Positions 9,306 through 17,208 of a stretch of DNA of 53,596 bases are shown here, one piece after another. Under the pieces are notes generated by a model. It saw only the letters and a list, made by a program, of their open reading frames with translations. It was not told the DNA's origin and searched no databases. A program made the translations under genes and the position numbers. The DNA is from Candidatus Wirthbacteria bacterium CG2_30_54_11. Its GTDB lineage: Bacteria > Patescibacteriota > CG2-30-54-11. The stretch lies in contig MNZT01000052.1 in the NCBI GenBank assembly GCA_001873755.1, positions 1-53,596 on the forward strand, written 5' to 3'. Numbering within the stretch: position 1 is the stretch's first letter; every line of letters starts with the position of its first letter.

Positions 9306-11198
9306 ATGACCGAGCAGAATTTCGATGCCGCCTTTGCCGAGATGAGCCTGACCCGCGAAGCGCGCAAGGTACTGAACGACTACCTCAAACGACTGGAGAC
9401 TGAGACCGCCTCTCTGAAAAAAGAGGAGCGGGACGAACTGGTGCGCGATATCCAGGAGCACCTGTACAACGCACTGGAGGCAAAGCTGAAAAAGAGCCGG
9501 TCCAAAAAGGACACGCTCGATGCCCAGATCGTCATGGAAGTACTCTCCGCCCTGGGGGAACCGACCGACTATCTGGAGTCTGCGCAAACCGCGGAGGGGA
9601 TCAAAGGCAGTGCTCCGGTCCGACGGATCCGCCGTGCCCGCGAAGGACGCATATTCGGCGGGGTAGCCATGGGTATGGCCAATTATTTCCGCATCGACGT
9701 GGTCATCGTACGGGTCATCATGATCGGGCTCGTCCTGACCGGTATCTCCGCCATCATCTACCCCGTCCTCTGGCTCGTCATCCCGGAAGAGACCGAAGGT
9801 GAAGCCGCTGTCTCCTCGACCACGCCTGAACCGACCGCCAAAAGACCCCGCTGGGTGCGGGGACTGATCAAGCTGGGCTGGAAGCTCCTCCTGGTGTTCG
9901 TAGCGCTCTGCTTTTACCTGCCGGTGCTCGCCGTCCTTTTGGGCCTGACACTCTCCTTCTTTGCCATACCGCTGGCCTGGCTTTTCCACCCCTCCAACTT
10001 CTGGGGCTTCAATACACTCGCCCTCCTGGGCTACCTCCTGCCGATCGTCTCGGTCTGTCTGGGCGCCATCTTCCTGACCCTCTTGCTCCTGTTCCTCAAT
10101 TTCATCTACCGGGTGCACTTCAAACGGTCCCTGCTGCGGGGTAACTCTCTGAAATATCTGGGAGGCGCGTCTCTCATCGCGATCTGTCTGGTCATCCTCT
10201 CCTCGGCCTATACCCTGGCCGGCAACTGGAGTCGCGGTTCCATCACCGAGACCCGTGTATTCCCTGCCGGGCAGGCGCTCGATATCGAGATCGTAAGTGA
10301 AGTCATCGCCGGCGACATCACCGTCACCGGCAGTGACACCGTGGAAGAAATAACCCTTACCGAAACCCGTAAAGCCAGGGGGTATTCCATCGACAATGCC
10401 CGCCGCAACGCCGGCTCTATCTCAACCACGCCATCCATGGACGGGGACAAGCTCACGCTTGCGACCTCCACCTCGAACACCTGGGTCAATCACAATGCCA
10501 CGGTCGAATACCGCCTGCTGGTACCGAGCACCATGTCCCTCTCACTTCACAACCCTATCGGCCGCACGATCATCGAAGATATCGATGCCTCGACCATAAC
10601 CGTAGACAATGAGATAGGTTCGCTGGAGGTAAAAGACAGCTGGGCAGATCAAGCGGACTTCCGGAACAACATGGGGATGATCGAGATCTCCAGATTTGCT
10701 CCCCCGGCCCTGCTGCTGCCGCTTTCAAGTACCATGGAACAGCTGACCGATGATATCGAACCGCCCCGGCCCACAGCACCTCTGACCTTCTTCACCATCT
10801 CCAACAATCTAGGGGCTATTCGGCTCGAAGCGGTCACGACTGACAGCGCCGTCATCTCCGGGGATATGGGCAGCCTCGAGATCGATACCTGTTCGTTCCG
10901 CGGAAACATTTCGAACAACATGGGTTCCATCTCGATCAGCGACCACACCGGCGCTCTGTCCATCAGCAATTCCATGGGTGCGGTAGACGCCTCCTTCCTC
11001 GCCCTGTACGACGGTGAGGAATACAAAGTAGATTCCAGCATGGGAAGTGTGGTCCTCGACCTCCCTCCCGGTCTGGACCCGGTCTTCGACATCTCCAGTA
11101 ATTTCGGCAGTGTTGATAGAAAATACCGCACCCAGCTCGGTGGACCCAGACCTCACTTCACCATCACCTCGGATATGGGGTCGGTAGAGATCAGGTAA
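9306..11198 (+). CDS. PspC-domain membrane protein with N-terminal DUF1700/HAAS-like helix region and C-terminal DUF4097 (toastrack) beta-repeat domain
   Basis: REGRIFGGVAMGMANYFRIDVVIVRVIMIGLVLTGISAIIYPVLWLVIPEE is a PspC domain. It is followed by several TM helices. The C-terminus carries repeated G(S/A)(I/L)E(I/V)... strands (NNMGMIEIS, GDMGSLEID, NNMGSISIS, NSMGAVDAS, SSMGSVVLD). Confidence 0.8.
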   Translation: MTEQNFDAAFAEMSLTREARKVLNDYLKRLETETASLKKEERDELVRDIQEHLYNALEAKLKKSRSKKDTLDAQIVMEVLSALGEPTDYLESAQTAEGIKGSAPVRRIRRAREGRIFGGVAMGMANYFRIDVVIVRVIMIGLVLTGISAIIYPVLWLVIPEETEGEAAVSSTTPEPTAKRPRWVRGLIKLGWKLLLVFVALCFYLPVLAVLLGLTLSFFAIPLAWLFHPSNFWGFNTLALLGYLLPIVSVCLGAIFLTLLLLFLNFIYRVHFKRSLLRGNSLKYLGGASLIAICLVILSSAYTLAGNWSRGSITETRVFPAGQALDIEIVSEVIAGDITVTGSDTVEEITLTETRKARGYSIDNARRNAGSISTTPSMDGDKLTLATSTSNTWVNHNATVEYRLLVPSTMSLSLHNPIGRTIIEDIDASTITVDNEIGSLEVKDSWADQADFRNNMGMIEISRFAPPALLLPLSSTMEQLTDDIEPPRPTAPLTFFTISNNLGAIRLEAVTTDSAVISGDMGSLEIDTCSFRGNISNNMGSISISDHTGALSISNSMGAVDASFLALYDGEEYKVDSSMGSVVLDLPPGLDPVFDISSNFGSVDRKYRTQLGGPRPHFTITSDMGSVEIR

Positions 11199-12138
11199 GG
11201 GTCGACTGCACAGCCGGCGCGAACCGCGAAAAAGCACCTGCATAAACGGGTGCTTTTTCTGACGCTGCCACCGTTCCTTTGACTCTCGCCAGCTCCCTGA
11301 CGAAATTGACAAAGAACTGCCGGCCTGGTCTGATCCAGGTATTTAGCGGCAAGTCCCGCTGATGTGCGACATCCTGATAATAGTGCTCCGGTTCGTAGTC
11401 GAGCGGCACTTCTCTGATCTGATCGCGCAGCCACTCCCGGTCGAGCGTCGCTGCTCCATATTCGAAATGACCGAGATTGAACAGTTCCCGGCCGCTTCGG
11501 CTGGCGAATATTGAGGTTCCCAGCACCTGCCCTTCCAGTGCCCGCAAGGTCTCCTCTGAAGTGAACAGAGGTACCAGGTCGCCGGATGAAAACAACGGCT
11601 GCAGTTTCTCTTCTCTCAGATACGCATGCCGGCTCTGACAGAGCGTGATCTCGGCATCGATCCCATCCGTGAAGACAGACGAGACATCGACCGCCTTTTG
11701 CAGCGGATAGACGCCTGCGATCTTCCGGGGAAAACAGTTCTCCTTGGTCAGTCCATAGAAATGGTACGCCGCCGCCAGTGCCGCCCAGCCGATATGGACC
11801 GTGCAGGCAACATGCTGCCGGGTATAGTCCATGATGTCCGCAAGCTCTGCCCAGTAATCGACCGCTTCGAACGCAAGGTGCTCAAGCGGAGCTCCGGTGA
11901 CGATCAGTCCGTCCAGATCAGTCCCGGCTTCCCAAAAAGACCGATACCGGCTGTTCACATACGCCGTATCGGTATGCCGACCAGACGGCCGGTGCGTCTC
12001 GACCGTGAGCCAAGTGATCTCGATGGCATGACTTACGCTGGGCAGGATCCCGAGGAGCTCTGTTTCGGTCTGCCACGTATCGGGCATGAGGTTCAGGACT
12101 CCGAGACGAAGCGGGTAGGTCAAATGGGCGGTAGCCAT
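11191..12138 (-). CDS. metA: Homoserine O-acyltransferase (MetA/HTS) family protein; the nucleophilic Cys position appears substituted
   Basis: LGVLNLMP, DGLIVTGAPLE, VDYWAEL, GVYP and LGHFEY align with E. coli MetA blocks (LILNLMP, DGLIVTGAPLG, VAYWPQI, GVYEHH, TGHPEY). Start refined to the ATG at 12138 with RBS AGGAAAGGAAAAG (the track extends to 12201). The 3' end overlaps the convergent PspC gene by 8 nt. Confidence 0.75.
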   Translation of the reverse strand: MATAHLTYPLRLGVLNLMPDTWQTETELLGILPSVSHAIEITWLTVETHRPSGRHTDTAYVNSRYRSFWEAGTDLDGLIVTGAPLEHLAFEAVDYWAELADIMDYTRQHVACTVHIGWAALAAAYHFYGLTKENCFPRKIAGVYPLQKAVDVSSVFTDGIDAEITLCQSRHAYLREEKLQPLFSSGDLVPLFTSEETLRALEGQVLGTSIFASRSGRELFNLGHFEYGAATLDREWLRDQIREVPLDYEPEHYYQDVAHQRDLPLNTWIRPGRQFFVNFVRELARVKGTVAASEKAPVYAGAFSRFAPAVQSTLT

Positions 12139-12160
12139 GTCTTTTCCTTTCCTGATAAAT

Positions 12161-12187
12161 AAAAAACCCACCTCGGAGGGAGATGGG
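12161..12187 (-). terminator. Intrinsic terminator/attenuator 2, immediately upstream of the metA RBS
   Basis: Minus strand: CCCAUCUC (12187-12180), loop CCUCC, GAGGUGGG (12174-12167), then U6 (12166-12161). Confidence 0.6.
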
Positions 12188-12217
12188 TAGAGACAACACA
12201 CAGACCACTCCGTCCGC

Positions 12218-12283
12218 TCAGATACGCAGGTGCATCATGGGCATCATCATGAAACGGCAGGAGGAAGAGCCAGGGGACAGCAT
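12218..12283 (-). CDS. Candidate Met-rich leader peptide 2 (21 aa): MLSPGSSSCRFMMMPMMHLRI
   Basis: ATG 12283-12281 to TGA 12220-12218. Five AUG codons within six codons. Followed by terminator 2. Only a weak SD. Below the track's size cutoff. Confidence 0.45.
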   Translation of the reverse strand: MLSPGSSSCRFMMMPMMHLRI

Positions 12284-12306
12284 GGTCAATTCCGGAAATA
12301 AGAAAT

Positions 12307-12338
12307 AAAAAAACCCGCCTGCTGTGGTCAGAGGCGGG
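12307..12338 (-). terminator. Intrinsic terminator/attenuator 1
   Basis: Minus strand: CCCGCCU(CUG) (12338-), loop, (CAG)cAGGCGGG (to 12314), then U7 (12313-12307). Confidence 0.65.
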
Positions 12339-12361
12339 TTTCGTGTATCAGCGAAAACGGT

Positions 12362-12436
12362 CTACCTCCGACCATGCCAAACCATATCCATCATCATGGA
12401 CATCATCAGGCGGACGGCGGCAGAGGTACGGATCAT
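12362..12436 (-). CDS. Candidate Met-rich leader peptide 1 (24 aa): MIRTSAAVRLMMSMMMDMVWHGRR
   Basis: ATG 12436-12434 to TAG 12364-12362. Six AUG codons within eight codons. Partial SD (GGTG) 6 nt upstream. Followed by terminator 1. Confidence 0.45.
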   Translation of the reverse strand: MIRTSAAVRLMMSMMMDMVWHGRR

Positions 12437-12465
12437 GAGTGGCACCGATTGAAGTAACTACCTAT

Positions 12466-12494
12466 ATTCTAAAGGGATACCGATTGATTGTCTA
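12466..12494 (-). promoter_or_regulatory. Sigma70-like promoter for the leader/metA transcript
   Basis: Minus strand: TAGACA (12494-12489), 17-nt spacer, TAGAAT (12471-12466). It overlaps the stop codon of the upstream ABC ATPase gene. Confidence 0.4.
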
Positions 12495-13185
12495 TACGCT
12501 CTTCTCTCATTGCCCCCTGCCCGTGATCAATGGTTAGTTTTCCGTCTCTCATCTCTGCCACCCTGCCTGCATACTGTTTCACATACTCCGAATGCGTGAT
12601 CATGATGATGGTCTGACCATTCTCATTGAGCTTTTTCAAAAGCTGCATGATCTCCTCGCCCGACTTGCTGTCGAGATTCCCGGTCGGCTCGTCGGCGAGA
12701 AGAATCCGGGGCTTGTTGATCAGGGCCCTGACGAGTGAGACTCGCTGCTGCTCGCCGCCGGAAAGCAGACTGGGTAAATGGTTGATACGGGACTCCAGTC
12801 CGACCTGCGAGAGGAGCTCTTTGACCTGAGCTCTGTTCTCGCGGGTCCGCTTCACGAGCGCCGCCTCCACGTTCTGCGAAGCGGTCAGGGTCGGGATGAG
12901 ATTGAAGTTCTGGAACACGAACCCAAGCATGGCCGAACGAAGCTTCGCCAACTTGCTGTCGCTCTGGCGGGTAATGTCTTTCCCGTCCATAATGATCTCG
13001 CCGGAGGTCGGTCTGTCCAGAGCGCCCAGCAACTGGAGCATCGTGCTCTTGCCCGACCCGGACGGCCCTATGATCGCCCAGAAGTCGCCCTCGTTCACGG
13101 TGAAACTGACATCGTTGACCGCCTTGATCGTCGTGGTTCCTTGTTTGAATGTCTTCAGCAGATGGCTGATCTCGATAAGTGCCAT
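12469..13185 (-). CDS. ABC transporter ATP-binding protein (MacB/LolD/FtsE-like)
   Basis: Walker A GPSGSGKST, signature LSGGEQQR, Walker B LLADEPTGNLD, H-loop ITH. RBS AAGGAC upstream. Confidence 0.9.
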   Translation of the reverse strand: MALIEISHLLKTFKQGTTTIKAVNDVSFTVNEGDFWAIIGPSGSGKSTMLQLLGALDRPTSGEIIMDGKDITRQSDSKLAKLRSAMLGFVFQNFNLIPTLTASQNVEAALVKRTRENRAQVKELLSQVGLESRINHLPSLLSGGEQQRVSLVRALINKPRILLADEPTGNLDSKSGEEIMQLLKKLNENGQTIIMITHSEYVKQYAGRVAEMRDGKLTIDHGQGAMREERIDNQSVSL

Positions 13186-13194
13186 GATCGTCCT

Positions 13195-15006
13195 TTATTC
13201 TAAATTACGTAATGCTTCCTGAGGACGCATCCGGGAGGCTTTCAGGGAGGCGAGCAGTCCGGCGAAAAGAGAGCCCACAATGGCGACCAGGGACCCGGTC
13301 ATCAGAGTGGCGAAGGCATACTTCACATTGAGCACTACGGTAGTCGTGACCTCGGTGGATGCAGTTTCGGTAGCCGCACCACCCGGGCCTCTGCCCATGA
13401 ATCGCCCGACCATACTGCCAAACGAGGAATTCAAAGACGCCACATCCGCGTTCAAGGTGATATTGGCATGATTGATACCATAAATAGCCAGCATGGACAG
13501 CCCGATCCCGGCAGCGGCACCCAGAATGCCAAGTACCAGATTTTCCATGAGGATCTGACGGACGATCTGAAAGTTGCTCCAGCCGAAGGCCTTCAGAGTG
13601 CCGATCTCGCGGACACGCTTGTTGACCGAGAGAATAGTAAGAAGGCTGACGATGACAAAGGCTGCGATGAGTACGATGAGGCTGATCACTCCGACGAACT
13701 TGTTCATGAGATTGGTGACGGAGGTCAGTGAACCGGACACCTGCTTGGCCGTATCGGCTGCCGACGTGACCGTAGCCCCGGTGAACAGTGACGTGAGAGA
13801 AGTCGTGCTGGCTTCAACATTGGCCGCGTCGGTGGATTTCACCAGAATGAGATTGACCCGGTCGGTCTTGCCGGCAAGCTCCTGAAGCAGAGAAAGCGGA
13901 ATATACACATCAGCCGTATTGGTATAGAGCTTGGGCTCAACGATACCAACGATAGTGAACACCCGACTGTTGACCGTGACCGTTCCCCCGACGACCAGAC
14001 TTTGTTTCTGGGCATACGACTGACTGATGATGGCTTCATCCGTGTACGTCGTGATCGTCACGATGGTCGGCTCGGCCGTCACCACCGCAGCATCAGCGGA
14101 TACCGTATCTGACTCTGTCGCAGTCGTTTCGTCAGTCGTTTCAGAGACCGACGCTGCACTCTCATCGGCAGAGGCTTCAGGCTCAACTGTCGTCACAGTC
14201 ACAGTCGGAGCACTGAAATAGTTGCCTTCAATGATCTGGTCGGGCAGGATCAATCCGATATCGGTCTTGGACGGATCCGCTCCGGCAATGGTATAGGAAG
14301 ATGTTTGTATATCGGTCGGAGGGATATCGACATTCTGGGTAATATCCTCTTCCGGCACCACATATTCCGAGGTCACTGTCCTGGAAGGTCTGGTGGCGGA
14401 CGTACCGGTAGAAAATTCTCCGAGAGGACCTCCTCTGCCGCCGGTCGCCGCCCTGTATGCTTCCATTGCGGCAATATCTGCATCAGAGAATTCTATGTCC
14501 TGGCTCATCTGGATCCGCTGACCCCCGATCCGGAAGGTCGCCGTGATGGTCGGTATCGTCCCTTCCTGATGGGTCACGCTCATGATGAGCCCGGTCGAAA
14601 AATCGGCCACGAGAGCCGGGTCCATCTTGTCAGCCTCACTGGTCAAGAACGTCAGATTGCCGCCGGCAGCGAACGTATCATTACTGAAGGGATCACCGGC
14701 CGCTCCCAGCGTGGAAAGATCGGTCATAATTCGATTGTCGGCGATCATTTCCTGCCGGGTCGCCTCATCCACCTGCTGCAGATTATCAACACTGACTGTC
14801 CGGGTCACGAGCATGTCAGTCCCGACATTAGCCAGAGGGTTCAGTACCTCCTCCTGGGAAGCCTGCAGACTGCTGGATACGGAAATGATGGAAATGATGA
14901 TGGCGCTCGCGATGGCAAGCCCGAGTGTGATGGTAATCGTCTTGCCCAGTCTCCTCGTGAGCTCGGCCTTCAGATAGCTGAGATAGAACATGTGCCCCCG
15001 GTCCAT
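13195..15006 (-). CDS. ABC transporter permease, FtsX/MacB family, with large extracytoplasmic domain and a low-complexity T/A/E/S-rich insert
   Basis: N-terminal TM (ITITLGLAIASAIIISIISV). C-terminal FtsX module KRVREIGTLKAFGWSNFQIVRQILMENLVLGILGAAAGIGLS. Insert TVTTVEPEASADESAASVSETTDETTATESDTVSADAAVV. The start may be the ATG at 14991. Confidence 0.85.
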   Translation of the reverse strand: MDRGHMFYLSYLKAELTRRLGKTITITLGLAIASAIIISIISVSSSLQASQEEVLNPLANVGTDMLVTRTVSVDNLQQVDEATRQEMIADNRIMTDLSTLGAAGDPFSNDTFAAGGNLTFLTSEADKMDPALVADFSTGLIMSVTHQEGTIPTITATFRIGGQRIQMSQDIEFSDADIAAMEAYRAATGGRGGPLGEFSTGTSATRPSRTVTSEYVVPEEDITQNVDIPPTDIQTSSYTIAGADPSKTDIGLILPDQIIEGNYFSAPTVTVTTVEPEASADESAASVSETTDETTATESDTVSADAAVVTAEPTIVTITTYTDEAIISQSYAQKQSLVVGGTVTVNSRVFTIVGIVEPKLYTNTADVYIPLSLLQELAGKTDRVNLILVKSTDAANVEASTTSLTSLFTGATVTSAADTAKQVSGSLTSVTNLMNKFVGVISLIVLIAAFVIVSLLTILSVNKRVREIGTLKAFGWSNFQIVRQILMENLVLGILGAAAGIGLSMLAIYGINHANITLNADVASLNSSFGSMVGRFMGRGPGGAATETASTEVTTTVVLNVKYAFATLMTGSLVAIVGSLFAGLLASLKASRMRPQEALRNLE

Positions 15007-15132
15007 AAAGAAATAAACTCAGCACCATCAACCACAGTCAGTATGGCAGAGGATTGTGGATGATTCGTGGAGGGGGAAGAAAATGGCCCACGATTTTTGC
15101 TTCGTTGATCCCGTGATCTTTTGATTATTTGC

Positions 15133-16221
15133 TCAGGTAAGGTAGGTATACAGCAGCTCACCCGGACGGCTGGAAGACAGGATTTTGGTTTTCAAGGCTT
15201 CGAAAGCTTTCGGGTCATCCTTCAAGGTCTCGAACTCCTCGATGATGCGGTCGGCGAGATCGTTGATCCTTTTGTGGCTCTTCTGCCAGTCTGCCCACAG
15301 ACCGTCGACCGTGATGGTCCTGCGGATAGAGGCAAAACTCTTCTTGATATACTCTGCATTTTCCGGCAGAAGATCTCTGGTATCGGTCTTCTTCTCGATA
15401 ACTTTGGCGATGGAGTCAAAATATTTCATGGCCTCTTTGGTCGACTTCCCCTTTTCGATCTTCTTTTCCAGGTAGTTGCGTACTGCCCAGAGAAAGAACA
15501 CCACGACCTCATGCCAGTTGCCGGAAAGCGCCAGGTCCTTTTTACTCTGGTCATTATCTGCGACCAGGGTGATGAGCTGGGCAAATTTCTGGGGGTCCTG
15601 GATGATGCTGTCCACCCAGGTGCCGGGCACCTTGCTTTCTTTGCCGTCAAAATTGTGCAGAAAATCAACCATGAGCTCCATATTGGCCTGGTCGAGTCCA
15701 ACCTCTCCTTCTTTCAGCACATCCTTGCCTGAGACGACCCGCTCTTCCTGTCCGACCTTGCGGTATTCGGCGAACTGGATGGAGAGACAGGGAAAGGCAA
15801 GCGCCATGGCTTCCTGGACCGCAACCTCGACATCATCTATCCTCTCCAGCGTGACCGTGAGAAAAAGAAAGAACTTCTTCACTTCGTCGAGTGAGAGTCC
15901 TTTTTTGACCTGAATGCTGCCTATTTTCAGCCGCAGGATGTTCTCCAGCAGCTTCTGCAGCACGATCGACTTAGGGACGAATTTCACCCCGTTCACGTAG
16001 AGCGACCCCTTGATCTCCTCGATGGTGAGAGATTCGTGGGTGGTGAGAAATACGGTCAACTGGTCGAACCACTCTTTGATCTTGGACTCGATGAGCGGAT
16101 GGTCGATACTGTCCGGCTTGCGGTAGTAGTGCGCCATGTTGAGGGTCAGACTGAGCTGCCAGAGGATCGAGCGAAAGACCTCCTGCTCGGCTATTTTTTC
16201 CCTGGAGGGGTAAGTGTCCAT
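15133..16221 (-). CDS. Hypothetical cytoplasmic protein (362 aa), no family recognised
   Basis: Long ORF co-directional with and tightly packed against its neighbours, with coding-like composition. I recognised no motifs. Confidence 0.6.
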   Translation of the reverse strand: MDTYPSREKIAEQEVFRSILWQLSLTLNMAHYYRKPDSIDHPLIESKIKEWFDQLTVFLTTHESLTIEEIKGSLYVNGVKFVPKSIVLQKLLENILRLKIGSIQVKKGLSLDEVKKFFLFLTVTLERIDDVEVAVQEAMALAFPCLSIQFAEYRKVGQEERVVSGKDVLKEGEVGLDQANMELMVDFLHNFDGKESKVPGTWVDSIIQDPQKFAQLITLVADNDQSKKDLALSGNWHEVVVFFLWAVRNYLEKKIEKGKSTKEAMKYFDSIAKVIEKKTDTRDLLPENAEYIKKSFASIRRTITVDGLWADWQKSHKRINDLADRIIEEFETLKDDPKAFEALKTKILSSSRPGELLYTYLT

Positions 16222-16257
16222 ACCAATGTATTCCGTGGGTGAAAAATCTCGGCACGA

Positions 16258-17058
16258 TCATTGTGAGGTCAGGACCTCCCGGGACAAAGTACCATCATAG
16301 TACAGCTGACCGTCGGTGAAGTATGCTTCATCGGCATGAAAGCCGGTGATAGAACCCAGGCGGCGGTTGATATAGCTGATGATCCATTCCCGTTTGTTGT
16401 CATATTTCCCCAGCTCGTCAGCGATACTGTCCGCATAGGCTGCCTGAAAGATCCCCTCCGGTACGAGCGAGAGGAACATGCTGACCGGCATGGACATGCG
16501 GCCGATCTGGAACGCCTGAGGTTCAAAGATCGCCACCTGGTTGTCCTTCAGGGAGGCTTTCATTTTGACATAGAATACCGGGTCCGGAGGAAGTAGATCG
16601 ATCGCCCGACTGGACACCGCAGACGGGAAGTCGATGACCGTCGCGAATCCTTTCAGCTTGGCCTTGTCTATCTTGCCTGAGATCTCACCGGAGCCGTCCG
16701 CATTGAATCGGACCTGCACATCTTGGAACGGATAATATTTGGAATTCTTGTTGTTCAGGGAGGCGGTGATCTCTGACGACGTGAACTCTTGTTTGACCTC
16801 CCGGGTTCCCTTGTAGATCACGCTCTGCTCGGGCGGTGTGTCAGACGGGAGAGCTCCGAATTGATAGTCTACCCCGCTCTTTTGATGTACTGATGCCAGG
16901 TCCTCCTGGGTCCAGGTGACCCCGAGATCCCGGGGTTTGTTGGCGCCCAGGAGTGCGGACAGCCCCGGGATATACCCGAGATACCCAAGCACCAGCACGA
17001 TACCCAGCACGACCAGGCCCAGGAATGCAGCGATGATCTTCACGATCTTTTTCTTCAT
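16258..17058 (-). CDS. Membrane-anchored exported hypothetical protein; intact paralog of the split gene at 20426-21154
   Basis: MKKKIVKIIAAFLGLVVLGIVLVLGYLGYIPGLSALLGANKPRDLGVTW closely parallels MKKLMKMVVTLIVLLVVGAVLVLGYLGFVPGLSSVFGSDKPRDLGVTY. Start refined to the ATG at 17058. Confidence 0.7.
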   Translation of the reverse strand: MKKKIVKIIAAFLGLVVLGIVLVLGYLGYIPGLSALLGANKPRDLGVTWTQEDLASVHQKSGVDYQFGALPSDTPPEQSVIYKGTREVKQEFTSSEITASLNNKNSKYYPFQDVQVRFNADGSGEISGKIDKAKLKGFATVIDFPSAVSSRAIDLLPPDPVFYVKMKASLKDNQVAIFEPQAFQIGRMSMPVSMFLSLVPEGIFQAAYADSIADELGKYDNKREWIISYINRRLGSITGFHADEAYFTDGQLYYDGTLSREVLTSQ

Positions 17059-17146
17059 GACGACCCCACTTACCAATAATTAAATACGGAACTTCGGCGC
17101 TATACTACCAAATTTTGCCACCTGACGCATCTGCCGGCTGGCTGTC

Positions 17147-17175
17147 AAAAAAACTCGGGCACTTACGTGCCCGAG
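17147..17175 (-). terminator. Intrinsic terminator after the NqrB/RnfD-like gene
   Basis: CTCGGGCAC / GTGCCCGAG 9-bp stem (17154-17175) with a 4-nt loop, followed on the minus strand by U7 (17153-17147). Confidence 0.75.
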
Positions 17176-17208
17176 TCGCCGGGTGTTAACGAGATCCTGA
17201 TACGCCGT

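Noticed and set aside
12230-12457. His-rich peptides on the plus strand (VHHGHHHETAGG... at 12230-12301 and MPNHIHHHGHHQADGG... at 12374-12457), the mirror image of the Met-rich leaders.
   Set aside because: They arise because CAT is the reverse complement of ATG. There is no RBS and no downstream plus-strand gene. Both hairpin+U-tract terminators are oriented for the minus strand, so the Met-rich minus-strand reading is the coherent one.
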